Source: a virus (taxonomy: Duplodnaviria; Heunggongvirae; Uroviricota; Caudoviricetes). Taken from it: 64,000 nt of DNA. Shown piece after piece: positions 1 to 8,800 of this stretch; within the stretch, counting starts at the first letter, position 1; each line of letters starts with the position of its first letter. The stretch is taken from the IMG/VR virus record IMGVR_UViG_3300026549_001031. One strand, given 5' to 3'. The notes beneath the pieces are model-generated. The model was not told the DNA's origin, did not search any database, and saw only the letters and a list, made by a program, of their open reading frames with translations. Position numbers and translations under genes: made by a program.

Positions 1-2
1 CA

Positions 3-191
3 GGCATAGGAGAAAAAGTAGCTAACTGTATATGTTTGTTTGGATTGCATCAAATATCAGCATTTCCTATTGATACTCACATAAAAAGAATAATTTATGA
101 CAAATATAATGGAAACATTGACATTGGAAAATATGGAGATGTAGCAGGAATAATTCAGCAGTACATATACTATAATTCAGCTTTCATGTAA
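3..191 (+). CDS. 8-oxoguanine DNA glycosylase (HhH-GPD family), C-terminal part, truncated by window start
   Basis: Own translation GIGEKVANCICLFGLHQISAFPIDTHIKRI...GIIQQYIYY* shows the HhH motif and the catalytic PxDTH motif of Ogg-type glycosylases. Confidence 0.8.
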   Translation, partial: GIGEKVANCICLFGLHQISAFPIDTHIKRIIYDKYNGNIDIGKYGDVAGIIQQYIYYNSAFM

Positions 192-212
192 GAATACAAA
201 GGAGGCATTGAT

Positions 213-434
213 ATGCAACAAGAAAGAGAAAGAAGGAATGAAAAAGGCATAGAGTTAATGCAGGTAATACTTGTGGAAATATTCAATGGAGACATTGATA
301 AAATGTATGACATTTTATATAAAGAAAATCCTCATGTGTGGGCATACGGTGAGACAAATGAGCAGCGAATAAAGAATTATTGCATGTATAATTATGATAA
401 GGTACTTAGGATTTTTATGAGAAAGAAAAAGTGA
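213..434 (+). CDS. hypothetical protein
   Basis: ORF with GGAGG SD. Confidence 0.6.
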   Translation: MQQERERRNEKGIELMQVILVEIFNGDIDKMYDILYKENPHVWAYGETNEQRIKNYCMYNYDKVLRIFMRKKK

Positions 435-477
435 GAAAGCAGAGGGTAAAATTGAGCAGAAAGGTTGGGCATACAAA

Positions 478-765
478 TTGAATGCTAATGCAAGAAAGTT
501 TAAGGTATTAACAGGGAATAATGAGATTAAGACAGAGGATTCAGGGTTGGTTGTGTTTAGACTTGATACACAGGAGTATTTTTGCGGACTTAATAAGTTT
601 GATAGACAACTTAGAAAGGCAAAGATATATCATAGCAAAAAATGGGCAGATGCAGCTGTAGAGTGGATTTTGGATAATAAAAAGGGAACACAAGCACAGG
701 ATTTGATTGTTTTACCAGTGGATTTAAAGATTAACATTAACAAATTAGGAAATACAGACAGTTAG
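478..765 (+). CDS. hypothetical protein
   Basis: ORF in coding orientation. Confidence 0.55.
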   Translation: MNANARKFKVLTGNNEIKTEDSGLVVFRLDTQEYFCGLNKFDRQLRKAKIYHSKKWADAAVEWILDNKKGTQAQDLIVLPVDLKININKLGNTDS

Positions 766-831
766 TGAGGGCAGCATAGAAAATAAAATGACTATATGCA
801 TCAAATATAAAAATTAGCATAGTTTGTAACC

Positions 832-864
832 TTAAAATATAATAAGAGTATTTATTATTTAATT
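832..864 (+). promoter_or_regulatory. conserved upstream motif TTAAAATATAATAAGAGTATTTATTATTTAATT (copy 1)
   Basis: 33-nt exact match to 54135-54167; both copies lie just upstream of an SD and start codon. Confidence 0.6.
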
Positions 865-873
865 AAAAGGAGT

Positions 874-1299
874 GTGTGGAATATGTTTGATATCTACAGA
901 AACGAGAGTAAGAAAGCTACTACAGCAGTAGCAACAGGCACTAAATATGATGCATTTAAGCATATTACAAAGAAGATGGGACTTAACTTCACAGGTCAGG
1001 AACTTGATGAAACAGATGAATTTCTTGGTTTATTTTGCCCTAACACAGAAAAGGAAATGATCATGGCGCTTAAACTGGATAAGGCAGTAATGGTTGATAA
1101 GTGTACAGCAACTGTAACACTTGATCCTGAAGATGCAGATGACGAGGCAGTTGCAGAGAGTGAGGCAGTTAAGAAAGCTATGAGCAATCATAAGAATTCC
1201 TTCAATAAGGCAATCAAAAGATGGATGGTGGCAATCTTAAGTAAGATTAAATCAGTAAATCCTGAAGTATTTGCAGAGGCAGTTAAGCAGGTACAGTAG
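874..1299 (+). CDS. hypothetical protein
   Basis: ORF with AGGAG SD. Confidence 0.6.
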   Translation: MWNMFDIYRNESKKATTAVATGTKYDAFKHITKKMGLNFTGQELDETDEFLGLFCPNTEKEMIMALKLDKAVMVDKCTATVTLDPEDADDEAVAESEAVKKAMSNHKNSFNKAIKRWMVAILSKIKSVNPEVFAEAVKQVQ

Positions 1300-1318
1300 T
1301 TAAAAAGAGGAATACAGA

Positions 1319-1897
1319 ATGAATAAAATAGTAACATCTAAGAATAAGAAAGAGTTCAGTCAGTACTTATCATATATTCTCAGGCATAAGCCTGGGGATA
1401 TTGGTTTGGAACTTGCTGATGGTGGTTGGCTGCTTACAGATGAATTGATCAAAGCAATCAATGAAAAGTCAGGACATTGGAATATTGATCTTGATACGCT
1501 GAAAGATGTAGTTGCTACAGATAACAAACAGAGATACTCATTCAAAGAGGATTTCAAGTTTATTAGGGCAAATCAGGGGCATTCAGTTAAAAACCTTAAC
1601 ATGGGATATGTACCTGTTAAGGCACCTGATGAATTGTATCATGGCACTTCAGAAGAAAATTACAGTAAGATTAAAGATAGTGGGCGTATACTTCCTATGA
1701 GTAGACAGTATGTTCACTTATCACCTGATAAAGACACAGCAGCTAAAGTAGGAACTAGACATGGTAAATTAGTAATAATTGTCATTGATGCTAAGCAGAT
1801 GCAGTGTGATGATTTAGAGATCTACAAGTCTGAAAATGGGGTATATCTTACAAAAGAAGTTGATGTAAAATATATTAAAAATGTGTTGACAAAGTAG
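1319..1897 (+). CDS. kptA: RNA 2'-phosphotransferase (Tpt1/KptA family)
   Basis: LSYILRH, KQRY, IRANQGHS, LYHGT, MSRQYVHLS and SENGVYL motifs. Confidence 0.93.
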   Translation: MNKIVTSKNKKEFSQYLSYILRHKPGDIGLELADGGWLLTDELIKAINEKSGHWNIDLDTLKDVVATDNKQRYSFKEDFKFIRANQGHSVKNLNMGYVPVKAPDELYHGTSEENYSKIKDSGRILPMSRQYVHLSPDKDTAAKVGTRHGKLVIIVIDAKQMQCDDLEIYKSENGVYLTKEVDVKYIKNVLTK

Positions 1898-1914
1898 GCA
1901 AATTATGGTAATAT
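1886..1914 (+). promoter_or_regulatory. sigma-A-like promoter for the ncRNA/tRNA region
   Basis: TTGACA-17nt-TAATAT with extended -10 TG. Confidence 0.7.
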
Positions 1915-1922
1915 AGTATTTG

Positions 1923-2232
1923 GTAAGGGAGATAAGGAAAAGGAAGTAGTTGAGGCGTGTATCAATTACAAACCTTCTTTCAAAATGATGTTAATGTCCT
2001 AATTAAACCGAGGTAAAAAGTGTGAGAGGGCTTTATTTCCCTTACATGGAGCAGGTTGTACCTGGCAGATTGTCAGATATAACATTGAGATAAGTTAAGG
2101 AAGTTGATTTTTATATCACGCCTAGGTCAATGGTGGATGACACGGACTTCTACAATGGTTAATAAGTCTTATGTAGAGCAGAGGGCAGCCTTAAAAGGTA
2201 TGTTTGTTTTGCATAAGCGAACGGGTCTCAAA
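1923..2232 (+). ncRNA. candidate structured ncRNA, 5' of tRNA
   Basis: No ORF; 15-bp stem 1923-1937/2031-2045 with G-U pairs; hairpin 1946-1969 whose loop region (1953-1959) is complementary to 2117-2123. Confidence 0.5.
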
Positions 2233-2242
2233 TAAATAATAT

Positions 2243-2315
2243 TGCGGGGTGGAGCAGTTGGAAGCTCGCTAGGCTCATAACCTAGAGGTCACAGGTTCAA
2301 GTCCTGTCTCCGCTA
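2243..2315 (+). tRNA. tRNA-Met(CAT), initiator-type
   Basis: Full cloverleaf: acceptor TGCGGGG/CTCCGCT with 1:72 mismatch, D-stem GAGC/GCTC (A11-U24), anticodon CTAGG-CTCATAA-CCTAG, T-loop GTTCAAG; CCA not encoded. Confidence 0.95.
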
Positions 2316-2316
2316 C

Positions 2317-2565
2317 TTGGTCGGTGATTGAAAAGGACCTTGCTTGAGTAAGCACGGTGCATCAGTGAGATGACTTTAGGTCAGACAGAAAGGGCATCGG
2401 CTAGGAAAAAAGCGAAAACCACATTGCATTTATTTGCAAAGGGCAACTTGGTAATAGGATAACGGGAGGACAAAGTTAGTTTAACTACGGCTTGCGAAGG
2501 TTGCGTTTGCAGGAAGAAGGTCTAAGCCCGCGAGATGGGGAGAGCATCTAGGTTAAATTACCATT
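2317..2565 (+). ncRNA. candidate structured ncRNA, 3' of tRNA
   Basis: GC-richer non-coding stretch; stems 2319-2326/2395-2402 and 2449-2455/2557-2563; local hairpins including one with a GCGA tetraloop. Confidence 0.45.
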
Positions 2566-2600
2566 ACATAAAGATTAGGAGTTAGACTTAAAGCAATGAG

Positions 2601-2635
2601 GCATCTACACATGAAAAAGTGTGGGTGCTATTTTT
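2601..2635 (+). terminator. rho-independent terminator
   Basis: GCATCTACAC/GTGTGGGTGC hairpin followed by T-run. Confidence 0.65.
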
Positions 2636-2658
2636 AATGAAAAGGAGATCATTGGGAA

Positions 2659-2946
2659 ATGAGAAAAGACAGTGTAAAAGAGACAGCTGAAACAGAGGAA
2701 AAGACAGTATGCAAGAATGTGATGATTAACAGCATTGAGAAAGTAAAGCAGTTCTGTACAATTTCAAATGAGGCACCATTTGATGTGGACTTGATCAGTG
2801 GCAGATACACAATTGATGCTAAATCAATTATGGGTATCTTTAGTCTGAATCTTTCTAACCCTATCGAAATGGTTGCACATTGTGATATCACTTCAGATCA
2901 AGGAGAGAAATTCTTTAATGATATAGCAGGGTTTATTGTGGATTAA
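2659..2946 (+). CDS. HPr-family protein lacking the His15 site
   Basis: DVDLISGRYTIDAKSIMGIFSL (Ser46 motif); no GLHARP-type motif. Confidence 0.8.
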   Translation: MRKDSVKETAETEEKTVCKNVMINSIEKVKQFCTISNEAPFDVDLISGRYTIDAKSIMGIFSLNLSNPIEMVAHCDITSDQGEKFFNDIAGFIVD

Positions 2947-2960
2947 GACTTGGGAGGTAA

Positions 2961-3215
2961 ATGATTATGCCTAGAAAATGTAACAGAATTAACTTGTATC
3001 ATAATGGATATGATATACAATTTTTAAACAATGAGGCAGAGGTAGAGAAATATATACGGAGTGTGATAGAACCTCATATGAATTTAGGTCCTAGAGTAAT
3101 GTATGATAAGACAATTCGTGGAGAAGATGGTACAAATCTAATTAAGACACGTATCATTAGATATAGATATGATACACTATATGAGGAAGACTTCTTCATT
3201 GATTATTTAGAGTAG
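2961..3215 (+). CDS. hypothetical protein
   Basis: ORF with GGAGG SD. Confidence 0.6.
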   Translation: MIMPRKCNRINLYHNGYDIQFLNNEAEVEKYIRSVIEPHMNLGPRVMYDKTIRGEDGTNLIKTRIIRYRYDTLYEEDFFIDYLE

Positions 3216-3243
3216 TACACAGAATAAAAACAGGACAAGCATT

Positions 3244-3278
3244 TAGCAGTAGCTAGTAACATAGTTACTGCTATTTTT
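3244..3278 (+). terminator. rho-independent terminator
   Basis: TAGCAGTAGCTA/TAGTTACTGCTA hairpin plus T-run. Confidence 0.75.
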
Positions 3279-3603
3279 ATACATTAAATTGAAATTTGTT
3301 TGAAATGACCATAAATAGTTAAGCAGTAGGTAAAAATGCTGTTACACTAACTACAAACTAAATCGACGATATCACAGACATATATTTGAATAAGAAGTAT
3401 ATTTAATAATTTTTAATAAAAGAAAAAATTAGATTGATTGGAGGCATTGGAAGATGGGAATGGACATTGGTGTTGAGATAAACAATCCTAAAAAATGATT
3501 TCATGGTAGTTGTAAATAAGCTACTTGGAATAAATAATGAAGTAATCAGTAATAAAAACAGCAATGCAGCTAAAAAATTAGTTTAGTTAAGGAGGACAAA
3601 GTC

Positions 3604-4161
3604 ATGGGTGCAAAAAGAGTTGAGTATCAGATCGTAGGAAGATACATGGATGGTTCAGAGGTTACAGGATATCATTTACAGAGTCTTGAGACTGGAAAAG
3701 AAGGCAGGTATGATAGAGAGGCAATTGCATATCTTGTAGGTAGAGGACAGGTTACAAACTGTGAAGGACAGATCTACAAAGACAAGTTACTCTTGAGAGG
3801 TAAGGGCATGAGTCTGAATGACTTACCTGTAGTAAATGAGAAAGGTGATTTAAGAAATGCTGATGGACTTGGTAGAGTTAAGAGAGGTACAGCAGCAGGT
3901 AAGGCAATTACACAGTGTAACTTAGTTGGTAGCATTATAAATGGCAGAAATGTCGTTGGTTATGTACTTCAGAATTCTGGTGGTGGACAGAAACCATTTA
4001 AGAGAGAAGAGGTACTTGTAATGGCAAAAGCTGGACAGATTGGAAATGCTAGAGTACAGCAGTATCAGGGCAATATGATCCTTAAGGGAGTCAATTGTGA
4101 GTTAAGGAGTTTACCTAAGTATGATGCAAAGACAATGCAGCCTGTAACTGTAAGAGGTTAA
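3604..4161 (+). CDS. hypothetical protein with two copies of a repeated phage domain
   Basis: Internal repeat VTGYHLQ...REAIAYLVGRGQVTN / VVGYVLQ...REEVLVMAKAGQIGN; strong SD. Confidence 0.7.
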   Translation: MGAKRVEYQIVGRYMDGSEVTGYHLQSLETGKEGRYDREAIAYLVGRGQVTNCEGQIYKDKLLLRGKGMSLNDLPVVNEKGDLRNADGLGRVKRGTAAGKAITQCNLVGSIINGRNVVGYVLQNSGGGQKPFKREEVLVMAKAGQIGNARVQQYQGNMILKGVNCELRSLPKYDAKTMQPVTVRG

Positions 4162-4237
4162 ATACATAGGTTGAGATTGAGAGTGCAGAGTTGTTCTTTT
4201 TAGGATACAGTGAAAATTGGGGATTTGGGGCATACAG

Positions 4238-4271
4238 AATAGGCAGTCTGGTTTAGAGGCTGCCTATTTTT
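4238..4271 (+). terminator. rho-independent terminator
   Basis: AATAGGCAGTC/GGCTGCCTATT hairpin plus T-run. Confidence 0.75.
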
Positions 4272-4327
4272 GTGCTTTGTGATATAATAAGTATATTTAA
4301 TATTTATTTTTATGGGAGGATAGAGAA

Positions 4328-5110
4328 ATGAGTTTCGACATGAGAAATAGGGCGCATGAGCAGTATAAACTTATGAATAACTATTATGGAAAAGAGATTA
4401 AAGCATGTGTAGAAAAGACTAAGGTTTACAGAACAAAGGTAGAGGGCATTGATGAAAGAGTTGGACAAGGTCACTTTAGCAGAGTTCAGCGATTAGAGGA
4501 CTGTGGTACATCTGATGCAATTATGTCATGCACTAAAGCTCAAGGCAGGGTTGCAGCACTGAACTTCGCATCATTTAAGAATCCTGGCGGTGGCTTTATG
4601 AATGGAAGTAAAGCACAGGAAGAGATGTTATGTCATGATTCATTCTTGTACAACGTCTTAGAAAAAGAGACCAACTTCTATGAGGAAAATAGGAGAGATG
4701 TGAATAGGGGAATGTATTACAATGCTGCACTATATTCACCTGATGTTACATTTGTTGAGGCAGACACACGTGGAATTAAGAGAGAAAAGGCATGTGATAT
4801 TATTACATGCGCAGCACCTAATTGGTCAGCAGCAAGTAAAAATGGTATTAGCATAAGTGAATGTAATAAGGCATTAAGAGAAAGAATTGAGTTTATTTTA
4901 GATGTGGCACAGGCTAATCATGTTGACACATTGATTTTAGGAGCATTTGGCTGTGGCGTATTTAAGAATGATCCTAGGGTTGTGATTGAAACATTTGAAA
5001 AGACACTAAATAAAGAGAAATACACCATCAGAGAAGTAATATATGCAGTACCTAATAAGAAGAGTGACAACTATAAGGCATTCGATGCATACTTGAGTAA
5101 GGAGGAATAG
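4328..5110 (+). CDS. TIGR02452/DUF2263 family macrodomain (bacterial-type PAR glycohydrolase)
   Basis: LNFASFKNPGGGF...AQEE, ITCAAPN and LILGAFGCGVFKN motifs. Confidence 0.9.
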   Translation: MSFDMRNRAHEQYKLMNNYYGKEIKACVEKTKVYRTKVEGIDERVGQGHFSRVQRLEDCGTSDAIMSCTKAQGRVAALNFASFKNPGGGFMNGSKAQEEMLCHDSFLYNVLEKETNFYEENRRDVNRGMYYNAALYSPDVTFVEADTRGIKREKACDIITCAAPNWSAASKNGISISECNKALRERIEFILDVAQANHVDTLILGAFGCGVFKNDPRVVIETFEKTLNKEKYTIREVIYAVPNKKSDNYKAFDAYLSKEE

Positions 5111-5111
5111 C

Positions 5112-5474
5112 ATGGAAGATAAAGGGGATAAAAAAGAAGAGAAAGATGTGGACATGCTTTCACAGTTTTATACAAATGTGAATATGCCTTTGTACATTAT
5201 TGGTGTGATAATCAGCATAGTAGTATTGCTGGTTGGTGCAGAGTTGTTAAAGGGATATGAGCCTGTGGCATCAGGTTTAGCAACAATTTTGTTTGTGGTG
5301 TTTATGTATATTGCGTACAAAATTGGTTATAATAAAAGAAAGTATGATGGATTGAAACTCACAACAGCGAGTAAGGCAAAATACATTGTACTTACAGTAA
5401 TACTCATTCTTGGAATTTTAATTACAGTATCAATTATTGTTGGGATGATTGAGGTCAAAATGGTACTGCATTAA
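5112..5474 (+). CDS. small membrane protein (3 TM)
   Basis: Three hydrophobic segments; SD present. Confidence 0.6.
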   Translation: MEDKGDKKEEKDVDMLSQFYTNVNMPLYIIGVIISIVVLLVGAELLKGYEPVASGLATILFVVFMYIAYKIGYNKRKYDGLKLTTASKAKYIVLTVILILGILITVSIIVGMIEVKMVLH

Positions 5475-5475
5475 A

Positions 5476-5504
5476 TTGACAAAATGAGCAAAATATGATA
5501 TAAT
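5476..5504 (+). promoter_or_regulatory. sigma-A-like promoter upstream of a 74-aa ORF and the array
   Basis: TTGACA-17nt-TATAAT with TG extension. Confidence 0.8.
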
Positions 5505-5535
5505 ATACACAAAAGACAGAAAGGAAAGAGGCATT

Positions 5536-5760
5536 ATGGAGAGAAGAGCATCTAGGGAGGTTAGTTTAACAGATAAAGAAAAAATTCAGCAGGAGTTTTT
5601 TGCAGATGAGCGTAAAGCTAATGAAGAAAGACATGGTGGGGTTTATGAGAAAGACCCGTTCTATTGGGGTTTATTCACTTCAGAACAGAAAGCACAGGAG
5701 CAGAGAGCATTAGCACGTAGAGAAAAGCGTCTGGCTCAACAGGCAGAGACACTTGATTAA
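5536..5760 (+). CDS. hypothetical protein immediately upstream of the array
   Basis: ORF after promoter and SD. Confidence 0.6.
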   Translation: MERRASREVSLTDKEKIQQEFFADERKANEERHGGVYEKDPFYWGLFTSEQKAQEQRALARREKRLAQQAETLD

Positions 5761-5803
5761 ACAGAGACACATAAGATAAAAAGTATAGCAGAGTACAAAA
5801 GAT

Positions 5804-8800
5804 AATATATCAAGATAAATAATAAACATTGTCGCATCGGAGTGAATCCTTAAGCGGAATCAGTATTAGAATGTGAAAGCGTATCATAAAACGAAATAAA
5901 CATTAAGATATTAAAGTGTATCAAAGGCTTTGATAAGCATTAAGTCATTCGAGTGAATCAGTATTGGAATGTGAAGGCATATCATAAAACAAAATAAACA
6001 TTACGATATTAAAGTGTATCATAAAGGCAAATAAGAATTGGATTACGCAAGTGTATCAAAAAATCTTATAAGCATTGCAAATATAAAGTGAATCAATCTT
6101 GATAGAAATAGGTATTGGAAAAATAGAGTTAATCAATGAGAGTAATAGGCATTGTCACATTCGAGTGAATCATGAGGTACAATAAGCATTGGAAAATTTA
6201 AGTGAATCACGATGACAAATAAGCATTGAAAAAATTAAGTGAATCAAAAATGGTAATAAGCATTGGAAAGATCTAGTATATCAAAATCATTTATATACAT
6301 TGGAAAAATATAGTGTATCAAAAAGTTCAATAAGCATTAAAAGAAAAAAAAGTGAATCAGAGGAAAGGATAAACATTAGCCATGTCGAGTGTATCATAGG
6401 ACAGAATAAAAATTATGCTGGAACAGTATATGAAGTGAATCATACAGAAATAAACATGTGTCAGGGCAAGGAAATAAAATTACTATGTACAAGCGTGTTA
6501 AAATGTCATAATGATTAAGCATCAGTATGAAAACCAAGCGTATCAGAATAAATAATAAACATTAAAATCGCGGAGTGTGTCGTGATAACTAAGCATTAGA
6601 ATATCAGAATAAATAATAAACATTAAAGTCAGAGAGTGTGTCACTGGAGTCAAGAATCAATAAGACGGCAAAGCGTATCATCGTCCACTAATAACATTAA
6701 AATGGCAAAGTGTGTCAGAGCTGGAAAGCATAATTACAAATTTGCAGCGTATCAATAAAAAATAAGTCACATTAAATTATGTAAGTGAGTCATGTCAAAC
6801 GATCAGTATTATGGTGCGATAGCGTATCAATAGAAGAGATTAGAATTATAATGAGTGAGTGTATCATAGTGGGGAATAAACATTGAAAAAACAAAGTGTA
6901 TCAGCATTGGAAAAAAGTAGTGAGTCACAGTGTCTTACGAACATTAAGTTTAAATAGTGTATCAATTTAGTAAATAAACATCATAAGTGATGAGTGTGTC
7001 ATGGGCGAGGAGATTAAAATTATTATGTATAAGCGTGTCGCAGAATGTGAACAGCATTAAGTGTGTCGAGCGTATCAGGTTCAATAATTTACATTATAAG
7101 AAGTGAGTGTGTCAAACTGATTAAACATCAGTAGAAAAAATTAGCGTATCAGGTTCAATAATTTACATTGCAAGAAGTGAGTGTGTCAAAATGCATAAGC
7201 ATAATTAATGCTGGGTAACGTATCAAATCGAAGCATCAACATTGTTTCTATAAAGTGTGTCAGAGCGGATAAGCATAATCAAGTACAAGTAGCGTATCAT
7301 AAGTAACTATCAGCATTAAATGATATAAGTGAGTCATATTTGATGATCAGTATTAGAGAGCTGAAGTGTATCAATTGCTGTGATTAACATTAAAAGTTGC
7401 GAGTGGATCAGTTAAAAAAAATGAGAATTAAAATGATGAGTGCACCATAGGAGGGAATCAGCATTGATGTATTTGAGTGTACCAGAACAGTGATAGACAT
7501 TGAGGTTTTAGTGGGTCGTAGGAGGAAAATAAATATTATAGACGATTAGCGTATCACATCATAGTTATAAAAAATGAAATACATATCACAATCGTTAATC
7601 AACATTAACAAAAAATAGTGTATCGACAAAGAAGATAGAAATTATGCTATGAAAGTGTGTCAAGGGGAAATAAAAAATTAAGCTATAAAAGCGTATCATA
7701 AAAAAATAATAGACATTATACTAGAAAAGTGAATCATAGTAGATTTATCACTATTGCAATTGAAATTGAGATATGGAGTGAATCAGAATAGGGTTATGGG
7801 AAAGCAGTCAAAAGTATTATTAAGGGCACTAATGATTTTTGTAGGACTTGCCATATTTGAGTCAGTGCTTCAGAATAAAAATTGTTTAGCAGCTGGTTTA
7901 AGTATTACAGGATATTACATACTTATACTTGTTGTTTCCTACATTGCAGGAAAAGTAAGTAGAAAGAGAAATAAAAGAGATACACACCAAAGAGGTTGAA
8001 CATACATTAGAATAAAGAGTGTATCATAGATAAAAATATAATAGTAAGTCAAGCAAGTGGGTCATTCATTAAAATCAACATTTTAGAAGGCTAGCGGACC
8101 AGAAAGTAAAAGTAAGGGCAATAGATGTAAGTGTATCAACGAGTGCTGATTAGACATTATAGAAAATTAGTGGATCAAATGCTATAATAAATAACATTAG
8201 AGTTAAGTGTATCAATAGAAGCAATTAACATTAGAATACTGTAGTGGGTCATGTTATTAAATACAAATCTGAAGGACATAGCGTATCATCACAAAAAACT
8301 AACATTGTAAAGTGTAAGTGAATCGCAATAAAGGATAAGAATTAATTTGAGGTAGTGAATCAACAGTAACAATTAACATTGGTACAAAATAGTGTATCAG
8401 TTCGAGAATGGGTAGTGTGTCGTGGAGAGATATCAACATTGTTTATATTAGCGTATCAGGGCATGAAATTAACATTGTAATTAAATAATGTATCATATCA
8501 AAGCTATGAATCAGCATTGTTTTAGTTTAGTGTATCAAAAACGAAATTAACATTAAATTAATGAGTGTGTCAGATAAGAAAAGGTTAATTGAGTAGACAA
8601 AGCGTATCATTGTAGAGAATAAGCATTAAGATGTGGAGTGTATCATTAGTAATAACTAACATTTGTAAAGATAAGTGTACCAACGAAATCAATCGACATT
8701 AAGATAAATAAGTGAGTGTGTCATAAGGAGGTAATCAACATTAATGATAATAAGCGTATCAGAAAAGCAAAATTAACATTGCATTTATTTAGTGAATCAC

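Noticed and set aside
6300-6518. 72-aa ORF within the array
   Set aside because: Chance open frame across repeat units; TTG start and no SD
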